NCBI GenBank assembly: GCA_011042725.1
Contig: DQWD01000185.1
Location: 24,832 to 88,831 of the forward strand
Direction: 5' to 3'
Length of the DNA: 64,000 nucleotides
Origin: Candidatus Aminicenantes bacterium
GTDB lineage: Bacteria; Acidobacteriota; Aminicenantia; Aminicenantales; Aminicenantaceae
Below the pieces are notes generated by a model. It did not search any database. It saw nothing but the letters and a program-made list of their open reading frames with translations, and was not told the origin of the DNA. Positions within the stretch are counted from its first letter, which is position 1. Every line of letters begins with the position of its first letter. Position numbers and translations under genes: made by a program. Shown piece by piece: positions 9,076 to 18,465 of the stretch.

Positions 9076-12000
9076 TTATCTAAACTTAACTCGAGTAACC
9101 AGACTGTAAATCGCAGGGATTACAAAAAGGGTGAGGAGGGTGGTGGCAGCTAAACCTCCCATTACGGTGATGGCCATCGGAGCCCTAAAGGAGGCCCCTT
9201 CAGAAGTGGTTAAGGCCATGGGCAACATTCCCAGGATAGTGGTTAAAGCCGTAATCAAGACCGGTCGCAGCCGCACAGTGCATCCTTGCAAAATCGCCTC
9301 CGCGGGTTCTACACCGCGTCTCTTTAACTGATTAATATAATCAACCATAACAATACCATTATTAACCGCAATGCCAGCCAGCATCACAAACCCAATCAGC
9401 ACCGGCAAACTAACCGGTTTACCGGCAATTAAAAGAGCTATGATAACCCCAATTAAAGAAAGAGGCACGGTAAACATGATAACAAAAGGATGAAGAAATG
9501 ACTCAAATTGAGAGGCCATGATCATGTAAACTAACAATATAGCTAGAAGAAAAGCGCCCGCCATGATAATAAAGGCATCTTGCATCTCTTCGTATTGGCC
9601 ACCATACTCGATGAAATACCCACGTGGTAATTGAGTTTCCAAGTCTTTTAGCTGCGCTTTAATATCCTGGATAACACTGCCTAAATCTCGACCAGCAATG
9701 TTGGCTGTAACCGTAACTTCCCGCGCTTGATTCTCCCTGGTGATTTTTATCGGGCCTTCTCCTGGTTCAAGTCTAGCTATCTGCCCGACGGGAATAATTT
9801 GGCCCGTGGGGGTCAAGATGGGGATCCTGAGGATATCTTCAAGATTATCTCGAAACTCCTCCTTAAACCGCACTCTAATGTCATATTCTTCGTTTCCCGA
9901 GCGGTAACGAGTTGCTACTCTTCCCAAAGCCGCAGTCTGAATAGTCTGGGCAACCTGACTAACTTTTATCCCTAACCGAGAAGCTTCATCCCGGTTGATT
10001 CGGAGATGATATTCTGGTTTGGCTTCTGATAAAGAATGTTTCAAATCACGGAGGCCTTCGACATCTTTAATGCGGGAGACGATGGTTTCGGCAATTTCCT
10101 TAAGCAAGGGTATTTCCTGTCCAAATATTTTTATTTCCACTGGATTTCGAGCTCCACCCATGAACATTTGGCCGATATCGACCACTTCAAACTTGACTCC
10201 CTCTAAAGAAGGAAGTTTAGCTCGGATCTTTTCATTGAGTTCAAGGTCCGAGAGTTGGCGATTCTTCTTGTCCACCAACCCCGCCCAAATGATCCCTTCA
10301 TGAGGGCCAGTTGGATTTAATTCTCCAGCGGCCTCGGTGGGATTATCCTCAGCCTGCGATCCGGCTTGAGCGGTTACAATTTGGACATCTGGTTCCTGAG
10401 CGAGGATATCCTCGACCATATGCAATACCCGGTCAGTCTCCTCAATGGTACTTCCTACTGGTAATTTAACTGATAGGATCAGCATAGAGCGATCCATCGG
10501 TGGCATGAATTCTGTCCCCATAAAAGGAATAATAAGCAGAGAAATAACGAAAAGACCAAAAACTCCAGCTAAAACCCAGCGCCGGCGGCGGAGGGAACGC
10601 AAAAGAATCCCGCGGTAGATTTCTCTCATCCGATGAACTCTTTTTGATTTCTTTTTTTCTGGTGAACCATTAATCTGGTTATTGCGATTGGCCTTAAATA
10701 TCAGCGAAGCTACCATGGGAACAACCGTTAAGGCCACAAACAACGAAGAAACCAGAGAAAAAGCAATCGCCAGAGCTAGGCCACGAGTAAGCTGGCCGGT
10801 TATCCCCCGAGCAAAAACCATTGGGAAGAAAACAGCAATAGTGGTCAAGGTGGAGGCAGTAATGGCCATCCCTACTTCGGAAGCTCCCTTTTTGGCCGCC
10901 TTTTCCCGGTCGGCACCTTCTTCAAGGTGGCGAAAGATATTCTCGATGACCACCACAGCATTATCCACCAGCATCCCGATCCCCAAGGCTAACCCTCCTA
11001 AAGTCATCAGGTTAATAGTATAACCAGCTAAATAGAAAGCAATGAAGGTGGTGATAATCGAGAGGGGAATCGCCAAGAAAATAGTAACCGTGGGACGCCA
11101 GTTACGCAAAAAGACCAGAATGAAAATCATGGCTAAAATGCCCCCCACCAGGGCGTTGTTGGCCGTCCTATTAATAACTTTCTGGATCATATCGGCCTGA
11201 TCCATGGCCACATAAAACTCAATATCTGGAGGAAGACTTTCCCTTATTTTGGCCAATTCCTTCTTGATGGCATTTGTGGTCAGCACCGTATTGGCCCCAG
11301 ATCTCTTACTGACAAATAGAAAAACTCCTTTCTGCCCCTGGATACGAGCTCGGTAACGGAAATCTTTTAAAGTATCTCTTACTTCACCCACATCTCGCAG
11401 ATAGATGGGGGTCCCCATAGAAGTTACCCCAACAATAACTTCTTGAATATCTTCCACCGACTGAAATTCCCCTAAGGTTCGAACCAAAAATTCGGTCTGC
11501 CTTTCCACTACCCGCCCCCCAGGCAAATTAAGATTTTCCAGGCTCAAAGAGGCAATAATCTGGTCAACTGATAGCTTATAAGCTTCGAGGGCAGCCGGAT
11601 CAAGTTCGACCAGGATCTCTCGTTCATCCATAGAGAAGACTTGAGCCGACGCTACCCCTTCGATTCTTTCCAACCGCCGGGCCACTTCATCTTCGATTAA
11701 ATCCTTAAGTTCTAAAGTCGGCAGGTTTCCGGTTATGCCGTAGAAGATAATCGGAAATTGGGAAATGTTAAACTTAACTACCAAGGGATCACTGGCTTCC
11801 TCAGGCAAGAAACTCCGGAATTGACTCAACTGCTCCCGGATATCCTGGGTCGCAAAATCTAGATTAGTCCCCCATTCAAACTCCACCATTATCACCGACA
11901 CACCTTCGGAGGTAATAGAGTTAACCTTTTTAACATTACCGACAGTGTTGATTACTTGTTCTAGAGGACGCGTGATCGTATTTTCGATATCCTCAGGTGA

Positions 12001-12162
12001 TGCTCCGGAATAGGTCGTCACTACCGAGACGGTAGGGAATTCTAACTCCGGGAAAAAGTCAAGCCCCAAGCGGGTGTAGGAGATAAATCCCAGCACCACT
12101 AGGATCATGGCCATCATGGCCGTGGTAACTTTACGGTTAACAGAAAACTCAGGGATCTTCAT
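9076..12162 (-). CDS. RND efflux permease (AcrB/AcrD/AcrF family)
   Basis: 1028 aa; GMLVDNAVVVIENI and RLRPVLITALTTILGMLP motifs; ATGA overlap with upstream adaptor gene. Confidence 0.95.
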   Translation of the reverse strand: MKIPEFSVNRKVTTAMMAMILVVLGFISYTRLGLDFFPELEFPTVSVVTTYSGASPEDIENTITRPLEQVINTVGNVKKVNSITSEGVSVIMVEFEWGTNLDFATQDIREQLSQFRSFLPEEASDPLVVKFNISQFPIIFYGITGNLPTLELKDLIEDEVARRLERIEGVASAQVFSMDEREILVELDPAALEAYKLSVDQIIASLSLENLNLPGGRVVERQTEFLVRTLGEFQSVEDIQEVIVGVTSMGTPIYLRDVGEVRDTLKDFRYRARIQGQKGVFLFVSKRSGANTVLTTNAIKKELAKIRESLPPDIEFYVAMDQADMIQKVINRTANNALVGGILAMIFILVFLRNWRPTVTIFLAIPLSIITTFIAFYLAGYTINLMTLGGLALGIGMLVDNAVVVIENIFRHLEEGADREKAAKKGASEVGMAITASTLTTIAVFFPMVFARGITGQLTRGLALAIAFSLVSSLFVALTVVPMVASLIFKANRNNQINGSPEKKKSKRVHRMREIYRGILLRSLRRRRWVLAGVFGLFVISLLIIPFMGTEFMPPMDRSMLILSVKLPVGSTIEETDRVLHMVEDILAQEPDVQIVTAQAGSQAEDNPTEAAGELNPTGPHEGIIWAGLVDKKNRQLSDLELNEKIRAKLPSLEGVKFEVVDIGQMFMGGARNPVEIKIFGQEIPLLKEIAETIVSRIKDVEGLRDLKHSLSEAKPEYHLRINRDEASRLGIKVSQVAQTIQTAALGRVATRYRSGNEEYDIRVRFKEEFRDNLEDILRIPILTPTGQIIPVGQIARLEPGEGPIKITRENQAREVTVTANIAGRDLGSVIQDIKAQLKDLETQLPRGYFIEYGGQYEEMQDAFIIMAGAFLLAILLVYMIMASQFESFLHPFVIMFTVPLSLIGVIIALLIAGKPVSLPVLIGFVMLAGIAVNNGIVMVDYINQLKRRGVEPAEAILQGCTVRLRPVLITALTTILGMLPMALTTSEGASFRAPMAITVMGGLAATTLLTLFVIPAIYSLVTRVKFR

Positions 12163-13277
12163 GGTCGTTCTCCTTCAATCTTGACCTTAGCTCCGTCGGC
12201 TAACCCGAGAGTGCCTTCTACCACCACTAACTCTCCCGGCTGAAGACCACTTAAGATTTCCACCTTTTCGGTGTTCTGTAGCCCTAGCTGGACTTCTCGG
12301 CGATGTGCCACCCCGCTTTCGATAACAAAAACATATTTATCTTCAACCACAGCTTCTTGGGGAACAACGATGGCTTCGGGGTGGGTGTTAACTTCAATGA
12401 TGACCTGACAAAAGGTGTTGGGTTTAAGTAATAATTCGGGGTTAGAAGCCCACACTTCCACTCTAAACTTCTTGCTCAGTGGATCGGCTGTTTGGTTAAC
12501 GATGGCCACTTCACCGGCAAACTGGCGTTGGGGATAGGTGTCTATGCGAACATAAGCCCGTTGTTTCTTCTTTATTCTAACGATATCACTTTGGGAGACT
12601 TCGATCTTGATTTTTACCTTGCAGTAATCGATAAGAGTCAAAACACCTGAATTGGGAGAAAAGCCGCCCATCATCGGATTGATTACATCACCCACATCAG
12701 CATTGCGGGAGGCCACCACCCCGGAAAAGGGAGCCTTCATCTTGGAAACTTCCAGGTTATGACGAACCAGATTTAATGAGGCTTGGGCCTGTTTCCACTG
12801 GGCTTCGGCGGTATCATAAGCCAACTTTATCTTCTCGTATTGCTGTTCGGAGACCGCTTTTTCAGCTATTAATCTCTTCATTCTTTCAAAGTTGCGCTGG
12901 GCATCGGCCCGATTAGCTTCGGCCACAGCCAAGGCGGCTTCAGCTTGCTTCAATTGTAAATCTAAGGCCCGCGTATCAAGCTCGGCCAACAGTTGTCCCT
13001 TCTGGACAAGATCGCCTTCATTAACATAGATGCGAGCTACTTTACCCGCAATCTCTGGAGTGACGTTTACCTGTTGCCAAGCTTCAATTATGCCGGTATA
13101 AGTCAGTTTTTCTGAAATTTCTTCCCGCGCCACGGAGATCACCCGCACCGGATTAGGAGCTACTTCGGCAGAAGCCTGCTTTTCATCTACCGCCGTCTGG
13201 CGGCAACCTATTAGCCAACTAAAGAAAATAACACTCACCATCATTAAAGGGACTAATCTGGCCTTCTTATCCTTCAT
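12159..13277 (-). CDS. RND periplasmic adaptor (membrane fusion) lipoprotein
   Basis: Lipobox-like LIGC, lipoyl-like GKVARIYVNEGDLVQKGQLLAELD, APFSGVV; start set at ATG 13277 (SD AAGGAGG). Confidence 0.93.
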   Translation of the reverse strand: MKDKKARLVPLMMVSVIFFSWLIGCRQTAVDEKQASAEVAPNPVRVISVAREEISEKLTYTGIIEAWQQVNVTPEIAGKVARIYVNEGDLVQKGQLLAELDTRALDLQLKQAEAALAVAEANRADAQRNFERMKRLIAEKAVSEQQYEKIKLAYDTAEAQWKQAQASLNLVRHNLEVSKMKAPFSGVVASRNADVGDVINPMMGGFSPNSGVLTLIDYCKVKIKIEVSQSDIVRIKKKQRAYVRIDTYPQRQFAGEVAIVNQTADPLSKKFRVEVWASNPELLLKPNTFCQVIIEVNTHPEAIVVPQEAVVEDKYVFVIESGVAHRREVQLGLQNTEKVEILSGLQPGELVVVEGTLGLADGAKVKIEGERP

Positions 13278-13324
13278 GACAACCTCCTTAACGGTCTTAA
13301 CCCACTTGGGGGATGTGTGCCTTC

Positions 13325-14659
13325 TCATTCTTTTCCTCCTAAGGAAGTACCCATCGCTTTCTCTAAAGCCGCCTGGGCTAGCATATAATCATACAAAGCT
13401 TGGGAATAGTTTGTCTTCGCTTGGGATAAAGCGGTTTGGGCCGAGCTTACATCAAGGGTTGTGACTAAACCCTCGGCATAATTCAATTCGGCAATCCGCA
13501 AACTCTCCTGAGCTTGTTCAACATTTTTTCCTTGGGAAAGAAGCGATTCTTCTGCTTCTTTAAGACGCAGCAAGGCCTGAGAGACTTCAAACCGGATGAG
13601 ATTCACTAAGCCTTGCCGGGTATTCTCCAACTCTCGCAAAGCAGCTTTGGATTGCGCGACCCGGGCTGAAGTCGCAAAACCGTTGAAAAGGGGAATACTC
13701 ACCACGAGGTTCACGGAATAATAATCAGACCAGGTGTCTTTTTTAAATTTAAATTGATCGGACCAATAATTAAAATTCCCGGAGACGGCCACCGTGGGCA
13801 ATCCAGAAGCCCGGGCCAGGCCAATCATCGCCGCTGTTCTTTGTTTTTGGAAATTCAATTGTAATAACTCGGGCCGATTCTGGAGAGCTATTTGATAACA
13901 TTCTTCTTCGTTGATTGTAAAAGGCTGGTACTGGAGGGATCCTTTTATTTCAATTGGCGTTTCTAAACTGAGTCCCAGGACTGTTTTCAAGCTAAGCTCA
14001 GTAATCTTTAAATTATTTCGCGCCCGAATAAGTTGGGGCTGAAGATTGGCTAATTGAACCTCGGAGCGGAGCAAGTCAAATTTCGAAGCTAATCCTACTT
14101 CATAAAGGGCTTTAACATTATCCAAGTGCTTCTGGGCCAGATCGACAGCTTCTTCGGCCACCTGAACAAACTCTTTAGCTAATAAATAGCCATAAAAGGC
14201 CTGCTTGGTTTGATAAACTATTTCTTGCTTGGTTTGGCGAACCATCTCTTGAGTGGCTTTCAAGCCATACTGGGCTTGTTTAAAATTAGAAGTTAACCGT
14301 CCTCCGGTAAAGAGAGGCAGGTTTAACGAAAGAGAGAACTGATAGTCCCGGGTAAAATCGATCTCCACCCGCTGTGGAGGTTGCCCAGGAATCATCGAGG
14401 GAAATTCAAGCTCCATCACCTTTTCATCCAAGGTGTGCATGCCTTGAGCATTTAGGGATGGAAAAAACTGCGCGGCCGCTTCCCGCACTGATGATTGCGC
14501 CGCTTTTAATCTTTCCTGGGCGGCCAATTGATTGGGGTTTTTAGCCAAGGCTATCTGGACACTCTTTTCTAGGGTCAATACTAATGGCTCTTCCGAAAAG
14601 GCCACCATTGAAAATAGAAAAAAGCCAATTAAACTCAACCCAATAACTTTGGTCTTCAT
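13325..14659 (-). CDS. TolC-family outer membrane efflux protein
   Basis: OEP repeats (FFPSLN..., LNLPLFTGG, YEVGLASKFD, YAEGLVTTLD); signal peptide; ATG 14659 after AAGGAG. Confidence 0.93.
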   Translation of the reverse strand: MKTKVIGLSLIGFFLFSMVAFSEEPLVLTLEKSVQIALAKNPNQLAAQERLKAAQSSVREAAAQFFPSLNAQGMHTLDEKVMELEFPSMIPGQPPQRVEIDFTRDYQFSLSLNLPLFTGGRLTSNFKQAQYGLKATQEMVRQTKQEIVYQTKQAFYGYLLAKEFVQVAEEAVDLAQKHLDNVKALYEVGLASKFDLLRSEVQLANLQPQLIRARNNLKITELSLKTVLGLSLETPIEIKGSLQYQPFTINEEECYQIALQNRPELLQLNFQKQRTAAMIGLARASGLPTVAVSGNFNYWSDQFKFKKDTWSDYYSVNLVVSIPLFNGFATSARVAQSKAALRELENTRQGLVNLIRFEVSQALLRLKEAEESLLSQGKNVEQAQESLRIAELNYAEGLVTTLDVSSAQTALSQAKTNYSQALYDYMLAQAALEKAMGTSLGGKE

Positions 14660-14670
14660 AGCCACTCTCC

Positions 14671-15333
14671 TTAACTGATTTTCTTTGGCTGGTTTGATCG
14701 CGCAATTCCATAAAGAAAATACCGGCTCACCAGCTCGCTGGCTTGATGAGGTGAATATTCCTTTCTGCCCAGCGGGCCACGAAAGACAAAACCCCTTACT
14801 AAACTGCCGAGGATAAAACTAGCATCTTCGGGATCAACAGGAGCAAATACTCCTTGGTCAATGCCTTCCCTTATCACTTCGTTGATCGTCTCCGACAGCT
14901 CTAACAATTTTTTTCTCAAATTATTAGGAATCTGGGGGTGATGCTCACCCGGGCTCACCTCTTGTCTCTTCCTAGCGAACATTCTTTCCAAGAAAAGGGC
15001 CCGGCCGATATTCTTTTTCTTGTGATAAAACTTAAAAATGGCCACTACTATCTTTTTTATCTTCTCCTCGGGGGAAAAGTTTTTTCGCTGAATTGCCGTC
15101 AACTGGACTCCTAAGTCTCCTAAAGAATTCTGAATGACGCTAAAAAATAAATCTTGCTTACCTGCAAAATACCGATACAAGGTAGCTTTGGAAAATTGAG
15201 TTTCCTGAGCAATAAGATCCATCGAAGTCTGACTATAGCCAAAGCGACTAAAAACATCTTCGGCTATTCCTAAGATGAAATTGCGATTTTGTTGATAATG
15301 TAATTCCCGCCTTTTTTCCCTTAATTCTTTCAT
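14671..15333 (-). CDS. TetR/AcrR-family transcriptional regulator
   Basis: HTH GYSQTSMDLIAQETQFSKATLYRYF; first gene of efflux operon; start set at ATG 15333. Confidence 0.9.
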   Translation of the reverse strand: MKELREKRRELHYQQNRNFILGIAEDVFSRFGYSQTSMDLIAQETQFSKATLYRYFAGKQDLFFSVIQNSLGDLGVQLTAIQRKNFSPEEKIKKIVVAIFKFYHKKKNIGRALFLERMFARKRQEVSPGEHHPQIPNNLRKKLLELSETINEVIREGIDQGVFAPVDPEDASFILGSLVRGFVFRGPLGRKEYSPHQASELVSRYFLYGIARSNQPKKIS

Positions 15334-15393
15334 TTTTTTCTTCTTTCTCTTAAAATAAGAGATGACCATTGGGCCCAAAAAGGGCAATTATTT

Positions 15394-15480
15394 ATTAAAC
15401 CTTTTAGTTCATTAATTAAACTTATTAGTTTCATAATTAAACCAAAGAGTAAATTTACCTTCATTTGGAAAATCTGTCAA
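15394..15480 (-). promoter_or_regulatory. sigma70 promoter of tetR-tolC-mfp-RND operon with three 21-bp-period repeats (candidate TetR operators)
   Basis: Minus-strand TTGACA (15480-15475), 17 nt, TAAATT (15457-15452); ATTAAAC recurs at 15394, 15415, 15436; central unit contains dyad AAACT-TATT-AGTTT. Confidence 0.6.
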
Positions 15481-15644
15481 GGAGCTTATGTTTACTCGGC
15501 GGCCTTTGGTCTAATAGAAGAGCTGCTTTGGTAAACTTAAAAAAAGAAGGCTCCCCGGTTGTCTCTTAAACCAAGTAACCTCCGTTTCCAATTAGATTGA
15601 AAAAGATCAGGATTTAAAATATAAGCTATGGGAAGGAGGTCTCC

Positions 15645-15995
15645 ATGACGGACGAGATCAAGAGATTCAATTTGTTCCGGGCCAGAATGAATCAACGTAT
15701 TCTAGGGAGCGGTCATCTCGGAATCAAACGATTCTTCGGCCTTGACTCCGCTGCGTATCGGGAAGGAGCCTTACCAGCCAAAACTAAAGAACTCCTGGGA
15801 TTGGTAGCTTCTCTTGTCTTGCGCTGTAACGACTGTGTAACTTATCACTTAATTCGGTGCGTAGAAGCTGGTTATTCGGATGAAGAAATCATTGATGCTC
15901 TTAACGTCGGGCTGGTGGTAGGAGGCTCCATCGTTATTCCTCATCTTCGCTTGGCTTTTGCCCGTTTAGATGAAATCAGAGCTCAAACAAAGTAA
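15645..15995 (+). CDS. Carboxymuconolactone decarboxylase / AhpD-like protein
   Basis: GALPAKTKELLGLVAS...RCNDCVTYH (CxxC...H); SD AAGGAGG. Confidence 0.88.
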   Translation: MTDEIKRFNLFRARMNQRILGSGHLGIKRFFGLDSAAYREGALPAKTKELLGLVASLVLRCNDCVTYHLIRCVEAGYSDEEIIDALNVGLVVGGSIVIPHLRLAFARLDEIRAQTK

Positions 15996-16008
15996 AAAGG
16001 AACAAAAA

Positions 16009-16914
16009 TCAGGCTCGCGGATGAAACTGATCATAAACCCGTCTTAAACGGGATTGGGTCACATGAGTATATATCTGGGTGGTAGTAATTTGGCTGTGAC
16101 CGAGCATTAATTGAACCGACCGAAGATCAGCTCCCCGCTCCAACAGGTGCGTAGCAAAAGAGTGACGAAGCACATGGGGACTCACCTGGCGCCTTATTCC
16201 TGCTTGCTGACAATATTTTTTGATAATTTTCCAGACCGCCTGGCGAGTTAATCCTTTTCCCCAGGCAGAAAGAAAGATAATCGAAGTGTCATCCTTTATC
16301 CACTGCGGACGGACTCGAGTTAAGTATTCCTGGATAAAATTAATTGCCTTCTCTCCCAGAGGAATGATTCTTTCCTTATTTCCTTTTCCCCGGCAGATTA
16401 GAAATCTCTCTTGGCAGTGAAGATCGGTGGTTTTTAAATGCACAACTTCTGAAACCCGAACTCCAGTAGCATACATCAATTCGAGCAAGGCTCGATCACG
16501 AAGTCCTCGGGAATTTCGAAGATCGGGCTGGGCCAATAATTTTTCCACCTCCTCCAGGGTTAAGAAACCAGGAAGAGTTTTCCAGGCTTTGGGAGCTGAA
16601 AAACCAGCCACCGGATTGTGCCGAAGATATCCCTCCATCACCAATAAGCGAAAAAATGATTTTAAGGTGGATAAACAGCGCGCCATCGATTTGGGAGATA
16701 GTCCCTGCCGGGTTAATTTCTGGAGAAAACAAGTTATATGCTCTTCTTTTAACTGGGTTAGAGATATTTTATTTCGCTTTAAATAACCAATAAATTTATT
16801 TAAATCACGGCCATAGGCCATAATAGTATTGGCCGAGAGTCCTTTTTCTACGGCTAGATAATTCAAAAAGATAGAGCGCCCCTCCTTTAGCGAGGATAAC
16901 TTCTTGAGTTTCAT
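16009..16914 (-). CDS. xerD: Site-specific tyrosine recombinase XerD
   Basis: GLSANTIMAY, ELMYATGVRVSE, GKGNKER, SPHVLRHSFATHLL, LGH, TTQIYTHV, ends FHPRA. Confidence 0.93.
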   Translation of the reverse strand: MKLKKLSSLKEGRSIFLNYLAVEKGLSANTIMAYGRDLNKFIGYLKRNKISLTQLKEEHITCFLQKLTRQGLSPKSMARCLSTLKSFFRLLVMEGYLRHNPVAGFSAPKAWKTLPGFLTLEEVEKLLAQPDLRNSRGLRDRALLELMYATGVRVSEVVHLKTTDLHCQERFLICRGKGNKERIIPLGEKAINFIQEYLTRVRPQWIKDDTSIIFLSAWGKGLTRQAVWKIIKKYCQQAGIRRQVSPHVLRHSFATHLLERGADLRSVQLMLGHSQITTTQIYTHVTQSRLRRVYDQFHPRA

Positions 16915-17531
16915 GGCAGGAAGGGATTGTCGTTCTTTTCTTGCCCCACGCTCGTCATGGGCCCATGGCCAGGAAGAACTATCGTTTCCTCAGGAAGAGT
17001 CAATATCTTCTCTATAAGGGAAGCTCTTAACTGAGACCAATCACCGCCCGGCAAATCAGTTCTCCCCACCCCTCCATTAAAAAGAGTATCGCCCGAAAAA
17101 ATAAGTCCATCCCCGAGTAAGCTAACACTCCCCGGGGTATGACCGGGGGTATGAAGAATCTTTAATCTTTGCTGACCGAAGGTAACTTCCAGGCCCTCGA
17201 CCAAAAATTTATCAGGGGGTGGGGAAGGTCTTGCCTGGAGAAAAAAGCTTAATTCGCCCAGATGGGCCTGCTCCAAGATGGGAACATCATCTTGGTGAAT
17301 GAACAACGGCACCGCAAACTTATCCTTGATGTCCTGATTGGCCCCAATATGATCAACATGACCATGCGTGTTGACAATGGCCACGGGATGCAAATTATTC
17401 TCATTAATAGCTTTTATTATTTGATCAGGTTGAGCACCAGGGTCAACTACCACACATTCTCGCGTCTCTGGACAATAAACAAGATAACAATTTGTCTCTA
17501 AAGGCCCAACGACAACGGTAATAAATTCCAT
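16911..17531 (-). CDS. MBL-fold metallo-hydrolase (glyoxalase II-like)
   Basis: THGHVDH, HTPGHTPG, SGDTLF, PGHG; start set at ATG 17531 (MEFITVVVGPLETNCYLV), 7 nt after a TTGACT-17-TATGAT promoter. Confidence 0.9.
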   Translation of the reverse strand: MEFITVVVGPLETNCYLVYCPETRECVVVDPGAQPDQIIKAINENNLHPVAIVNTHGHVDHIGANQDIKDKFAVPLFIHQDDVPILEQAHLGELSFFLQARPSPPPDKFLVEGLEVTFGQQRLKILHTPGHTPGSVSLLGDGLIFSGDTLFNGGVGRTDLPGGDWSQLRASLIEKILTLPEETIVLPGHGPMTSVGQEKNDNPFLP

Positions 17532-17645
17532 TTGTTTCATCATATTCACCTTCTTCATATCAGTCAAGACAACCCGCCCATGATTTTTTTACCTAGCCGC
17601 CAGCTTCATTTACATTTTAAATAAAAAAGGGTAAAATCCATCTCC

Positions 17646-18446
17646 ATGGACGAGAAGAATTGGCAATTACAACTCTTTGCTCGATCAATCAAAAAAAAAG
17701 ATAAATTTGCCCTTCTCCAAAAATCCTTAATCATTGATGCCCAAGATCAAATTCTTGACCTTGGATGCGCCCAAGGTCTCTTAAGTTATCTTCTCAAACA
17801 AAAAGGCGGCTATTGGGTGCATGCCGACTTGGACTGGACCAATCTTCTCTCGGCCCGGCCCTTACTTGAGAAAAATTTAATTCAAACTGATAGTCATTCT
17901 TTACCTTTGGCCTCAGCTGCGTTTACTAAGGTGCTTTGTCTTGATTATCTCGAGCATGTCGACGATGACGAACAATGCTTGCAAGAGATCAACCGGGTAC
18001 TGCGCCTACAAGGACAACTAATCCTGGCAGTACCGCAAACCGGACCTTTTTTTCTTCTCCATCGACTTCGGTCATGGTTAGGATTAAAGCTTGAAGATTA
18101 CGGTCATAAACGAGAGGGATATCGCTTAAACCAACTTCAAGACAAACTAGCCCGCCATGGATTTAAGGTCAGCCATTACTCTACCTTTGCTAAATTTTTC
18201 TCGGAAATTATCGAACTTCTTCTTAATTTCATTTATATTAAACTGCTCGCCACCAAGGCGATTCCTGGCCTCAGGGATGGTCACATCCGGCCGATGTCAG
18301 CTCAAGAATTCACCCAACAAAAGAAATCATTTCGTCTCTATTCAATCGTTTATCCTTTACTCTGGGGCCTATCCCGATTGGATAAACTTTTAGTCTTTTC
18401 CAACGGCTACAGCTTACTTATCTGGGCGACAAAAATCAGAGACTGA
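17646..18446 (+). CDS. Class I SAM-dependent methyltransferase
   Basis: ILDLGCAQG motif I; LDYLEHVDDDEQCLQEINRVL. Confidence 0.85.
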   Translation: MDEKNWQLQLFARSIKKKDKFALLQKSLIIDAQDQILDLGCAQGLLSYLLKQKGGYWVHADLDWTNLLSARPLLEKNLIQTDSHSLPLASAAFTKVLCLDYLEHVDDDEQCLQEINRVLRLQGQLILAVPQTGPFFLLHRLRSWLGLKLEDYGHKREGYRLNQLQDKLARHGFKVSHYSTFAKFFSEIIELLLNFIYIKLLATKAIPGLRDGHIRPMSAQEFTQQKKSFRLYSIVYPLLWGLSRLDKLLVFSNGYSLLIWATKIRD

Positions 18447-18465
18447 GCCCAACTGGAAGGAGAGA

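Noticed and set aside
16009..16914. Tyrosine recombinase as a prophage or island integrase
   Set aside because: Carries XerD-specific motifs, is coupled to a housekeeping gene, and has no phage genes or att repeats nearby
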